From a virus, in the IMG/VR virus record IMGVR_UViG_2974606986_000001, positions 10,017 to 74,016 of that record: a stretch of DNA of 64,000 bases; one strand, given 5' to 3'. How positions within the stretch are numbered: position 1 is the first letter of the stretch; the number at the start of each line of letters is the position of its first letter. A program made the translations under genes and the position numbers. Positions 26,706 through 35,415 of this stretch are shown piece by piece. The notes below the pieces were generated by a model, which was given only the letters and a program-made list of their open reading frames with translations, made no database searches and was not told the DNA's origin.

Positions 26706-26800
26706 TCCTGAAGCCTGTTTTTGCCCCCCGGCCTGCCATAAAATCGCGGGCGGGGGGCTTCCAGCCGCCCTTAATTAACGTTATTTAATGGGGCTAGAAA

Positions 26801-28210
26801 ATGGCTAAACTCTCGCAAATATCGAAGGTGGTGATCGAGCTATCGACTGCCTCCATCGCGAAAGCGTCTTTCGGGATCCCGATGTTCGTCGGGGCCTCAA
26901 CTGCCGCTGTATGGAAGAATGCGACAACCGGCGCGACTTCCTACACCATGATTTACACCGATGTAGCCGCAGCCGTTATCGATAAGCTGGAACAGCCGTT
27001 CATCGACGCGATTCAGGAAGCCTTCAGCCAGACACCGCGAATTGAACGCGTGATGGTGGGCCGTCTGGTTCCGAACGAAGCGACCTTCCAGCCTGATAAC
27101 TCTCTGGCTGATTCAGGCACGGGCAAATTCCCAACCGGCACCGTTTTTGAACTGACCGTGAACGGAACGTCCGTGAAGTACACCAGCGTTGCCGATGACA
27201 CCAGAACGCAGGTGGCCGCCGGGCTGCTGGCTGCCGCTAAAGGGCTTCCGGCTCTGACCACTGATTACAATTTCGCGGCTGACTCAGTCAATTCTTATGT
27301 AATCCGCGTAACTCCGCTGGTGGTTTCTAATGGCGCGCCGATGCTGGGCAACGTTAGTGGCGTGACCGTGCAGAATGGCTCGATCAAACCAACTGACATC
27401 ACCAGCGGCCTGACTCAGATCAACTCTGAATCAAATATCTGGTATGGCTTCGCGTTACTGGACCGCACCAGCGATCTGGTGCTGGAAGCGGCCAAATGGG
27501 CGGAAGCGGCTGAACCATCCAAACAGTTCTTTACTGCATCCGATGACCCGAAAATCTGGTCAGCGGCAACTGATGACATTCTGTCTAAGCTCCGCGATTT
27601 GCAGTATCAGCGCACCACGCTGATCGCGCATAAAGCCGCGAAAACAGAATGGCCGGAGGCTGCCTGGATGGCGAAAGTTTACACAGCCGATCCAGGCTCT
27701 GTGATCTTCGGTCTGAAAGTGCTGTCGTCTATCACTCCATCTGTATTTACGCCAGGCGAACAGCAGTTCATTTGGGGTAAGAACGGTAACACGTATGAAC
27801 GCTATGCGGACAACACCTTCCTGATTAACCAGGGTACAACGGTTTCAGGCGAGTGGGTCGACATCATCCGCGACCGTGACTGGCTGATCGATTACATCCA
27901 GAAGTCAGTGGCATCAGCGATGATTCGCCGCAAGAAAATCCCGTACACGAACACCGGTATTCAGATCATCGTCAACGTGTTGCAGGGCTGTCTGCGTTAT
28001 GCGCAGCAAATGGGCGTGCTGGCCCCGGATGAACGAAACGCAGATGGTGAAACCGTTCCGGGCTTCGTTATCAGCTATCCGAACGCGGCTGATGTATCCG
28101 CCGATGTCAAAGCAAAACGCACGCTGTACATTTCCTTTGTAGGTCTGTTGGCTGGTGCCATTCAGCTGACCGACATCAAAGGCGTACTGGCGTATAAGTA
28201 CGGGGAATAA
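26801..28210 (+). CDS. Tail sheath protein (DUF3383-like)
   Basis: ASFGIPMF, FSQTP, GKNGNTY, GEWVDIIRDRDWL, KIPYTNTGI, LAGAI motifs. Confidence 0.9.
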   Translation: MAKLSQISKVVIELSTASIAKASFGIPMFVGASTAAVWKNATTGATSYTMIYTDVAAAVIDKLEQPFIDAIQEAFSQTPRIERVMVGRLVPNEATFQPDNSLADSGTGKFPTGTVFELTVNGTSVKYTSVADDTRTQVAAGLLAAAKGLPALTTDYNFAADSVNSYVIRVTPLVVSNGAPMLGNVSGVTVQNGSIKPTDITSGLTQINSESNIWYGFALLDRTSDLVLEAAKWAEAAEPSKQFFTASDDPKIWSAATDDILSKLRDLQYQRTTLIAHKAAKTEWPEAAWMAKVYTADPGSVIFGLKVLSSITPSVFTPGEQQFIWGKNGNTYERYADNTFLINQGTTVSGEWVDIIRDRDWLIDYIQKSVASAMIRRKKIPYTNTGIQIIVNVLQGCLRYAQQMGVLAPDERNADGETVPGFVISYPNAADVSADVKAKRTLYISFVGLLAGAIQLTDIKGVLAYKYGE

Positions 28211-28213
28211 TCC

Positions 28214-28663
28214 ATGTCACAAAATAACAAGCTGGCGGGAACCTGGGACGCGTCCCAGCTTAACGTGATCATCGGCGCGTTGCCGGTGACGGGCCTGTCC
28301 GACGGCGATAGCGTTGTCGCCCGTCGTAACAACCCATTCTATAACAGCCGCGCTGGTATGGATGGCAGCGTAGGCCGTGCGAAAGTCACTGACAAGCGCG
28401 GGACATTCGAACTGCACATCATGCAGACGTCTGAAATGCTCGACGAAATTTCGGCCATTTTCAACCTGGACAGCCTGTCAGAAGAAGGTAAGTTCGTCGG
28501 CCCGCTGCTCTGTTCCGACCTGTCAGGCCGGACCGTGCTGTCAGCTGGTCAGGCGTGGTTGAATGAGATCGGCGACATTGGCTTCGCACCAGGCGAAGTC
28601 GGCGAACGCGTTTTCACCTTTGAATGTGCAGACCTGAAAACATGGGTCGGCGGCAGTAACTAA
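28214..28663 (+). CDS. Tail tube protein (DUF3277-like)
   Basis: WDASQLNVIIGALPVTGLSDGD...GMDGSVGR...GTFELHIMQTS. Confidence 0.85.
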   Translation: MSQNNKLAGTWDASQLNVIIGALPVTGLSDGDSVVARRNNPFYNSRAGMDGSVGRAKVTDKRGTFELHIMQTSEMLDEISAIFNLDSLSEEGKFVGPLLCSDLSGRTVLSAGQAWLNEIGDIGFAPGEVGERVFTFECADLKTWVGGSN

Positions 28664-28667
28664 TCTC

Positions 28668-28699
28668 AAGGCGGCAACTCTGCCGCCTTCTCTCTCTTT
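28668..28699 (+). terminator. Rho-independent terminator after tail tube
   Basis: AAGGCGGCA-ACTC-TGCCGCCTT plus pyrimidine tract. Confidence 0.65.
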
Positions 28700-28704
28700 G
28701 TAAG

Positions 28705-31700
28705 GTGATCACTATGTCAACAATGAATGGCGGCGCGGGTGGTATCCTGGTTTTACCCGGCCAGAACGGCGGGACCGCAGGCAATAAGCCGACCAGCAAA
28801 CCGCAACCACCCAGCCTTCAGGACATCATCAGCGGGTCTGAAAAGACCGTCCTTTTTGCGCTTATCACTGAATTCCTGAAACTGAATCCCGACGCAGTCA
28901 GCGCTGCTGACCCGAAAGTGATCAAAGCAGCTGTTATTGAATATCTGGACCAGAATCCGATCACTGCCGGTCTGGATGCTGCGGCTGTCCAGGGATTGAT
29001 CAACACATCAATTCAGGCAATCCGACAGGGACACACCGACACTGAAATCCAGAACATCATTAACACCTTCATTGCGACGAATCCGCCCAGCTTCAATGAT
29101 GCGGTTAAAAAGTATCTGAAGGATAACCCGGTATCGGGTGGCGGTGGTCTGGGCGAAGATCAGATTAACGATCTGATTGAACTTTACATCGCCGCGAATG
29201 GCTACAACAACGACGCGAGCGACATCAATAATCTGATTCAGGGCTGGATTGCCTCGCATCCTATTTCGGCCACCATCGATCCTGCGGTGCTGACGAAGGC
29301 GATCACTGATTACCTGAAAGCAAACCCGGTTGTTCCTGATTCAGACGCTGTCGAAGCGGCTGTCACGGCCTATTTCAATGCCCATCCTCCAGCCGCTGGC
29401 GTCAGTCCTGCGCAGATGACGAAGGCGCTTTCGGACCTGCTGGCATCGACTGACTTCACCACGGCTGTTGTTGCTTCCATTAAGGCTGAAGAAGCAAACC
29501 TGTTAGCCCAGGACGCATTCAAAAATGCTGTTAACGGGATGATCACTGCCGCGTTGACTGCGAAGGATTTCACCGCTGACATTACCGCAGCTATCAATCA
29601 GTATTTCAGCACGCATCCGCAGCGCACTGACGCGCAGGTGAAAGCGCTGGTGGCCGCGTGGATCAATGATAACCCGCAAGGTCTAAGCCAGGCCGAAGTC
29701 GAAGCCGCCATCGTGGCATACCTGACCGCTAACCCGCCAGGTGATGTCAGCGCTGCTGATATTGAAGCCGCAGTGAACACCTATCTGGGCGCACATCCGC
29801 CATCTGGTGGTGTGCGTGAATTCGCATCGTTTGACCTGCTGTGTAAGGCTAAGCCGTCGAAAGAGGGTGAGCGCGTCTGGCTGGCAAACCACAACCCACG
29901 GTTACCGGCTGGCAACATGGCGCAAGGCCAGGGCTACTTCGTCGGTCACATTGTGACTTCATCAATGAAATATCGAACCCCGGATGGTGGTTTATTCGCT
30001 GGCGTTAACACGGATAAAACCTACTTCTGGATCCGCGATATTTCACTTGAAGAATTGAACGTTACCCACTTCGGCGCGATGGGTGTGGTAGGGGTGAAAA
30101 GCGATAACCGCGCTGGCGCTATTGATGACAGCCCGGCACTGATCGCGATGTATGACTGTCTGAAGTCAGCCCAGACTAAAGCAATTTTCCCGAACTCGGA
30201 AATGGCCCCGGTTAAATTCCCTGCTGGTGCGTACATGATCAACCCGGTCGACCTGACAACCCGTGGCGCGAAAACGTCTGATGCCAAAATGCTGGAAGCC
30301 CGTAAAAAGGCGATCTGGACAGCGTCCCGCAAACCATGGGATGGGAATAAGTTCGGCCAGGGCGTCGGCACTGGTGGCGCGAACGTGTCGAAGTGGGAAA
30401 ACGTCGACGTGGACGCGGTGAAGAACAGCACGAATGCAGACATCAAAAAACTGTATGTCGAATTCCCGGCGTCAGAAAACCATAACGGTTACGAACAGGC
30501 TGGCTTCTTCGGCATGACCGGCCCGTCGGTTCCTTATGGCCGTGCGCCGCAGGTGACGATCTTCAGTAACAAACAGCAGGACAGTTACGTCATCGACCTG
30601 AAGCACTCGCTGTGTGTGATTCAGGGCATCGAATTTGATGGCGAGATTAAAGAAGGGTTCAACTGGAACACCGACGCGACGAAAGGCCCGATTAACGGTC
30701 CTGCGTTCACTGGAACCATTGCTGGCGGTAATCTGGTCGTACCATCTGCACCATCGAATAATCAGGGCTTTCTTCATAACTGGCGCAACTCCGGCCAGTA
30801 TTACAGCGTGACCAACTTCCGCGCTCAGAGTGTCGGCGGTCGCACGTTCGATGTTAAAGACACACTGGACAGCCAGTTCGATCAGATCTATTCCGGCCAG
30901 TGCTGGGGTGAAGTGATCTGCGTAGGCTGGACCAATATTATTGAAGGTGCCTGGAACCATTCGACAGCTGTCGAAATCAGTAATAGCAACTTCCAGCAGA
31001 TGTTAAGCAAACCGGCCATTGTGCTGGCACGAACTGCGCAATCTATCGTCCGTAACGTCTGGATTGAGCATTCACTTTGCCCTGCTGACTTCTCGCTAAG
31101 CCACCTGATTATGGATATGTTCTGCGTCGAATCGTCAAACTTTGACGTTCACGCGTGGAACTCACGCATAACGCTGAACAACCTGTCTAACCCGACTGGC
31201 GTGAACATCGATCTGGATACCGGACCTTACCTGACCGGCGTCACCAGCTGGGATCCTGCCACCTGGAAGATCAACCCTAAATGGCATAGTAATATTGCAT
31301 TGCCAGATGGTTCTGCGTTCCCGTCATGGGACAAATACTTCGCATGGCCGGGCGGTTCGTATTACTTCAGTAATATTTCGGCATACGAACCAAACCATCT
31401 GCACACTGAAAGCTATGGTATCGAAACCCGTGGGACCATTAAGACGGGTTATAGTGCCGGATGGCGTTTGCAGAACTACAGCGAAAAGGAAATGTGGGTC
31501 CGCTGCGGTACGTTCCAGAACCAGCAGGCCAACGGCTCAGCTCAGGCAGCATGGAAGGCTTCAGATGCTGGTAAAGCCTATACCGAATCTGTTATCGACT
31601 TCGCCTATAATGCCTGGCTGGCAACCGCCGCAGGGCAGGCTGCTGACGACGCAGCGAAGACGGCAAAACGGAAGGCGCTCAGTGATGGGGCTTATTCAAA

Positions 31701-32370
31701 ATTCGGTAGCGGTGGCCTCGCAGGTCAGACCAACTTCATCAACTCGCTGACCCATTGGGAAATCGACGTAATGGGTTCACGGATGAACGGCAAAGCGCGC
31801 GACCAGCTGGGCTTCCCGGTGTCGCCGATGAACGATGAAATGGATCCGCTGGCTAACACCACTGAAGGTCTGGCGCGAATCAACATTCTGAACACGAAGA
31901 ATGCCAACTCGCAATACACCGACACTGGCGGAATGCTGAACTGGATCACGCATGGTGATTCATGCATCCTGGATGTGCGATTGTCTGAATGGTCCGGCAC
32001 TCCGGCGCTATGGGTCAAACTTGCCCCATGGACGCTGGCATGTTCGTTCTTCATTCGCTCAACGGGCAACACCCATTTTGAAGCCGGATCATGGTCCATG
32101 TTCAAATGGGATGGGTCGATGCAAGAAATGGCCCCTGGTGCTGCCGGTAGCATCCCGATTGCTGGTGGTCTGAAAGCCGGTCAGCGTAAATGGTCAGTTC
32201 ACAATGACAAGGCGGGGATCGGCATCAACACCGATGGCACGATTTCGCTTGCCACTGCGGCCCCGGCCAAACTGCCGACCACTATCGATATCGCCAGCGT
32301 CCAGGCGTGGGTTCAGGTGAATATCGGCGGGGTTGATTGTCTTATCCCGGCTATAAAGATTCCGACCTGA
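28705..32370 (+). CDS. Tailspike / polysaccharide depolymerase-like receptor-binding protein
   Basis: 1221 aa: 12 (Y/F/W)-x-x-x-(N/H)-P helical repeats, tailspike head segment ending ELNVTHFGAMG...DDSPAL, beta-helix-like middle (VKFPAGAY). Confidence 0.7.
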   Translation: MITMSTMNGGAGGILVLPGQNGGTAGNKPTSKPQPPSLQDIISGSEKTVLFALITEFLKLNPDAVSAADPKVIKAAVIEYLDQNPITAGLDAAAVQGLINTSIQAIRQGHTDTEIQNIINTFIATNPPSFNDAVKKYLKDNPVSGGGGLGEDQINDLIELYIAANGYNNDASDINNLIQGWIASHPISATIDPAVLTKAITDYLKANPVVPDSDAVEAAVTAYFNAHPPAAGVSPAQMTKALSDLLASTDFTTAVVASIKAEEANLLAQDAFKNAVNGMITAALTAKDFTADITAAINQYFSTHPQRTDAQVKALVAAWINDNPQGLSQAEVEAAIVAYLTANPPGDVSAADIEAAVNTYLGAHPPSGGVREFASFDLLCKAKPSKEGERVWLANHNPRLPAGNMAQGQGYFVGHIVTSSMKYRTPDGGLFAGVNTDKTYFWIRDISLEELNVTHFGAMGVVGVKSDNRAGAIDDSPALIAMYDCLKSAQTKAIFPNSEMAPVKFPAGAYMINPVDLTTRGAKTSDAKMLEARKKAIWTASRKPWDGNKFGQGVGTGGANVSKWENVDVDAVKNSTNADIKKLYVEFPASENHNGYEQAGFFGMTGPSVPYGRAPQVTIFSNKQQDSYVIDLKHSLCVIQGIEFDGEIKEGFNWNTDATKGPINGPAFTGTIAGGNLVVPSAPSNNQGFLHNWRNSGQYYSVTNFRAQSVGGRTFDVKDTLDSQFDQIYSGQCWGEVICVGWTNIIEGAWNHSTAVEISNSNFQQMLSKPAIVLARTAQSIVRNVWIEHSLCPADFSLSHLIMDMFCVESSNFDVHAWNSRITLNNLSNPTGVNIDLDTGPYLTGVTSWDPATWKINPKWHSNIALPDGSAFPSWDKYFAWPGGSYYFSNISAYEPNHLHTESYGIETRGTIKTGYSAGWRLQNYSEKEMWVRCGTFQNQQANGSAQAAWKASDAGKAYTESVIDFAYNAWLATAAGQAADDAAKTAKRKALSDGAYSKFGSGGLAGQTNFINSLTHWEIDVMGSRMNGKARDQLGFPVSPMNDEMDPLANTTEGLARINILNTKNANSQYTDTGGMLNWITHGDSCILDVRLSEWSGTPALWVKLAPWTLACSFFIRSTGNTHFEAGSWSMFKWDGSMQEMAPGAAGSIPIAGGLKAGQRKWSVHNDKAGIGINTDGTISLATAAPAKLPTTIDIASVQAWVQVNIGGVDCLIPAIKIPT

Positions 32371-32384
32371 TAACGCGATAACAT

Positions 32385-32409
32385 GGGCCGCTGATGCGGC
32401 CCTTTTTTT
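32385..32409 (+). terminator. Rho-independent terminator
   Basis: GGGCCGC-TGAT-GCGGCCC-T7. Confidence 0.85.
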
Positions 32410-32422
32410 ATGTGGAAAATCC

Positions 32423-34504
32423 ATGACCAGACGAATTCTTAAACCTGACGCGTCCATCCCGTGGCCGCACCAGAATATCTTTCCCGGCGAAGACATTACG
32501 CCGCCGGTAGACATGATCGACCCTGTCGCAATCTACGTCGATGCTATTAACCTTCCTTTCGGCGGAATGCGCTATCAGCCGAAACTGAACGTAATCCCGG
32601 CGTCTGCGCGCGGGTACAAGGTCCAGTGGTATTGGGAAGGTAACGAAATCATCCTGACCGAAGATAAATCTATCGTGCTGCCAGCGTCGCGCCTGTCTGT
32701 CTTCCCTAATGGGTTGCAGGCAGTAGTGACAACCAGTTCTGGCGTGCGGATGACATCATCACCTAACCCCGTCAGGATTATGGATTTCAACACGGCGGGA
32801 CTCACTAAAGCTGATGATGGTTCGTGGCCTCGACTTAAGTTCGGCGATGACTACCAAATCAAAATGACGCTAAGTGTAAACCTGGTTAAGCAGCCTTACC
32901 CGATGCCCGATCTGGTTCTGGAATATCAAAGCCGGGATCCGGCTCGCGTGAAGGTAACTAAATCCGGGATGGTCACACCGCTAACCGATACTGCCGGTAA
33001 CTTGCCGATCAGGGTTAAGGCTACTTATCGGGGCCTGTCTAAGCAGTCTGATTTTAATATTCCGCAATATGTAAACCATCCGTTAACTGCTATCGCATTC
33101 GATAAAGCAGACCTGGCTGAATCCATGGTCGGCAGCGGGACCGCGCTTAACCTGAAATTAACGCCAGCTGATACCGGTGACACAGACGCCGTATGGACGA
33201 ACAGCAACCCTGACGCGGTTCAGATGCTGGTGAACGCGACTAAATTACAGGCCGTGCTGACTATGAAAGCCGAAGACCCGGTCGGGGCCACAATCACCGC
33301 CAGCATCCTGTCGACCAATGGAACGACATACACGGCCACTTTTAAGATCGGCCCGATTAAGCCCCAGCCGATCCCGGTTCAATCAGTGCGATTTGAACCA
33401 GACACCGGAAGCGGCCTGCGCGTCGGCGATAAGTTCACGCTTACACCGATATTTACGCCAGCGAACGCAACCAATAAGACAGGGACATTCAAAGCACAGG
33501 ATGGAAGCACTTTAAAGGTTACCACCGCCGCTGATTTCAAATCCGCCACCGTTGAAGTGCTGAAGTCTGGGTCTGGAACATTCGTGACTTTCACCAGTAA
33601 CGAAGGGGGTAAAACTGCGATATTCCAGACAGGACAGCTATCACCGAAACCACTACCGCCAGCGCCTATTGACTTAACCACGGTTGATATCGATCAGAGG
33701 ATCACTTATTTGGGCGGGGAAGTGCCTTATATCGATTTTGATGGGTCGCTGAAATGGACCGGTGCTGATGTCTGGCCGGTGCAATATTATAACGGCGTTG
33801 CTATCGGGCGCACGCTGCCGGAAAAGGAAAACGTAAACCGCATTACCAAAACTCATTTTGAAGGTGCTAACACCACCAATCAGGCCGGGTCAGACACATG
33901 GCGATACACGTCAGGTGCTGGGCCGTCATTCCCCGGCACTGCTGGCATTGATGGGTTACGCGCACTTACCACCAAAAACTGGCAGAACGCGTCACGCATC
34001 CTTCAGGACGACGCTGTCATCTATGAAAACGGGAACCGGTATAACTTCGAAATCAGGGTCGGCACGAACTGGAAGATCTACGGCGGACGGTTCAATCTGG
34101 GGTCGCCTGCGGCAACGGAAACGCGCTTTGAAATTTCACTGTTCCCGAACTCCGTCACGCAGACCACGCTTTACAGCTATAAAGAAAGCGAGCCTGGCGA
34201 CTATACCTTCAGTTTCTTCCGTGCTCCGGGGTCAGGCACGCTGATCTATTCACTGCCGCAGATCACGAAAGGCAAAGGCGCGCGCGGACCGATGAAAAAT
34301 GCGACCAGCGAATTGGCGGCAGCGGTCATCATGTCAAACGAAGACGTGGACGCGATCAGGTTACATCGGGTAATTGCTGAAACAGGGGTCACATCGATCG
34401 TGGATATTCAGACCAATGGCGAAACGCAGGTTACGCTTCAGGCATCTGACGATGACAACTGGTTCGAATACCTGATAACAAAAATTGAGTACATCATTAA
34501 CTAA
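32423..34504 (+). CDS. Ig-like (Big_2) domain tail-associated protein / fibre
   Basis: Two Big_2-like repeats (PADTGDTDAVWTNSNP; PANATNKTGTF), C-terminal lectin-like region. Confidence 0.7.
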   Translation: MTRRILKPDASIPWPHQNIFPGEDITPPVDMIDPVAIYVDAINLPFGGMRYQPKLNVIPASARGYKVQWYWEGNEIILTEDKSIVLPASRLSVFPNGLQAVVTTSSGVRMTSSPNPVRIMDFNTAGLTKADDGSWPRLKFGDDYQIKMTLSVNLVKQPYPMPDLVLEYQSRDPARVKVTKSGMVTPLTDTAGNLPIRVKATYRGLSKQSDFNIPQYVNHPLTAIAFDKADLAESMVGSGTALNLKLTPADTGDTDAVWTNSNPDAVQMLVNATKLQAVLTMKAEDPVGATITASILSTNGTTYTATFKIGPIKPQPIPVQSVRFEPDTGSGLRVGDKFTLTPIFTPANATNKTGTFKAQDGSTLKVTTAADFKSATVEVLKSGSGTFVTFTSNEGGKTAIFQTGQLSPKPLPPAPIDLTTVDIDQRITYLGGEVPYIDFDGSLKWTGADVWPVQYYNGVAIGRTLPEKENVNRITKTHFEGANTTNQAGSDTWRYTSGAGPSFPGTAGIDGLRALTTKNWQNASRILQDDAVIYENGNRYNFEIRVGTNWKIYGGRFNLGSPAATETRFEISLFPNSVTQTTLYSYKESEPGDYTFSFFRAPGSGTLIYSLPQITKGKGARGPMKNATSELAAAVIMSNEDVDAIRLHRVIAETGVTSIVDIQTNGETQVTLQASDDDNWFEYLITKIEYIIN

Positions 34505-34533
34505 AAAAGGGGCCGCAAGGCCCCTTTCTTTTT
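34503..34533. terminator. Bidirectional rho-independent terminator
   Basis: AAAAAAGGGGCC-GCAA-GGCCCCTTTCTTTTT. Confidence 0.85.
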
Positions 34534-34618
34534 AAAGCATAATCAGAGATACAACGCCCCAGAAAGCAAGGCTGAAAGCTAATACGGCCAACCAGGTATT
34601 ACTGCGAGTGTTTTTCAT
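34532..34618 (-). CDS. 28-aa single-pass membrane peptide with own promoter, absent from ORF track
   Basis: MKNTRSNTWLAVLAFSLAFWGVVSLIML; GGAG RBS; promoter TTGCAT-17-TATAGT upstream; terminator at stop. Confidence 0.6.
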   Translation of the reverse strand: MKNTRSNTWLAVLAFSLAFWGVVSLIML

Positions 34619-34648
34619 TTTTTTCGTTCTCCGTGTGGGTGTTTAATT

Positions 34649-34677
34649 ACTATATATCGTCGCATGTCGTCATGCAA
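34649..34677 (-). promoter_or_regulatory. Sigma70-type promoter for the 28-aa peptide
   Basis: TTGCAT(34677-72)-17 bp containing GACGAC-TATAGT(34654-49). Confidence 0.6.
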
Positions 34678-34765
34678 GCGAAAATATTATGATGATAGAT
34701 TTAATTGCCAGGGCTTGTTCTGTACGCTTCCGGGAATACTTCGACAACCCATAGGAAGCCATCAC

Positions 34766-35254
34766 ATGTCCGTTAACATCAAAACATTCAGCGTCGGTGA
34801 TCGTCAGTTCCAGATGTTCACCCTGCAACCCTTTGCAGCTGTTCAGCATTCCCTGAAACTGAAAAAAATACTGGAACGCGGCCTGGGTAAAGGTCTGGAT
34901 TCCAACGTCGTTTCAGTGCTGGAAAATATCGATGAAAAAACCCTGACCGAAGTCATCTTCCCTATCCTGCGCGACACCGCGCTGACCTGCACCAGTGCCG
35001 AACAAAAATTACAATCACCAAACGACATGAATGAAGTTTTCTCTATCGAAGACATGGACGAATTCTTTATCGTTGTGTGGGAGGTGTTAAAAGCTAACTT
35101 CGGCCCTTTTTTCCAAAAGATGGCGAAAAACCTGTTTGGGTTCGATCTGGCCGAAATCGACCTGGACAAACTTCGCAGTCAGATAAAACAAACCCTGGAC
35201 AAGGCAAAGGCGGACAAGGAAACGGCAAACCTGCCGAAGACCCCCGAAGCGTAA
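34766..35254 (+). CDS. Tail assembly chaperone (G-type)
   Basis: Upstream of tape measure; DMDEFFIVVWEVLKANFGPFF motif; ATG 34766 with AGGA. Confidence 0.8.
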   Translation: MSVNIKTFSVGDRQFQMFTLQPFAAVQHSLKLKKILERGLGKGLDSNVVSVLENIDEKTLTEVIFPILRDTALTCTSAEQKLQSPNDMNEVFSIEDMDEFFIVVWEVLKANFGPFFQKMAKNLFGFDLAEIDLDKLRSQIKQTLDKAKADKETANLPKTPEA

Positions 35255-35415
35255 CACTCCGGGAAGATGTGCAGGCCGAATGGTTTATCTGGCGCGTCAT
35301 TCTGGCCGGGCATTGCACGGTGTCAGAAGTGAAGGAAAACCGGGTAACCCTGGAAGACCTTTTCCGGCTGAATTCCTTAATGGACGCTCAGGAATATTTG
35401 AGGGGTAACAATTGA
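35255..35415 (+). CDS. Tail chaperone T-type segment in -1 frame (probable G-T frameshift product)
   Basis: EWFIWRVILAGHCTVSEVKENRVTLEDLFRLNSLMDAQEYLRGNN; frame open back to at least 35125; stop overlaps TMP start. Confidence 0.65.
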
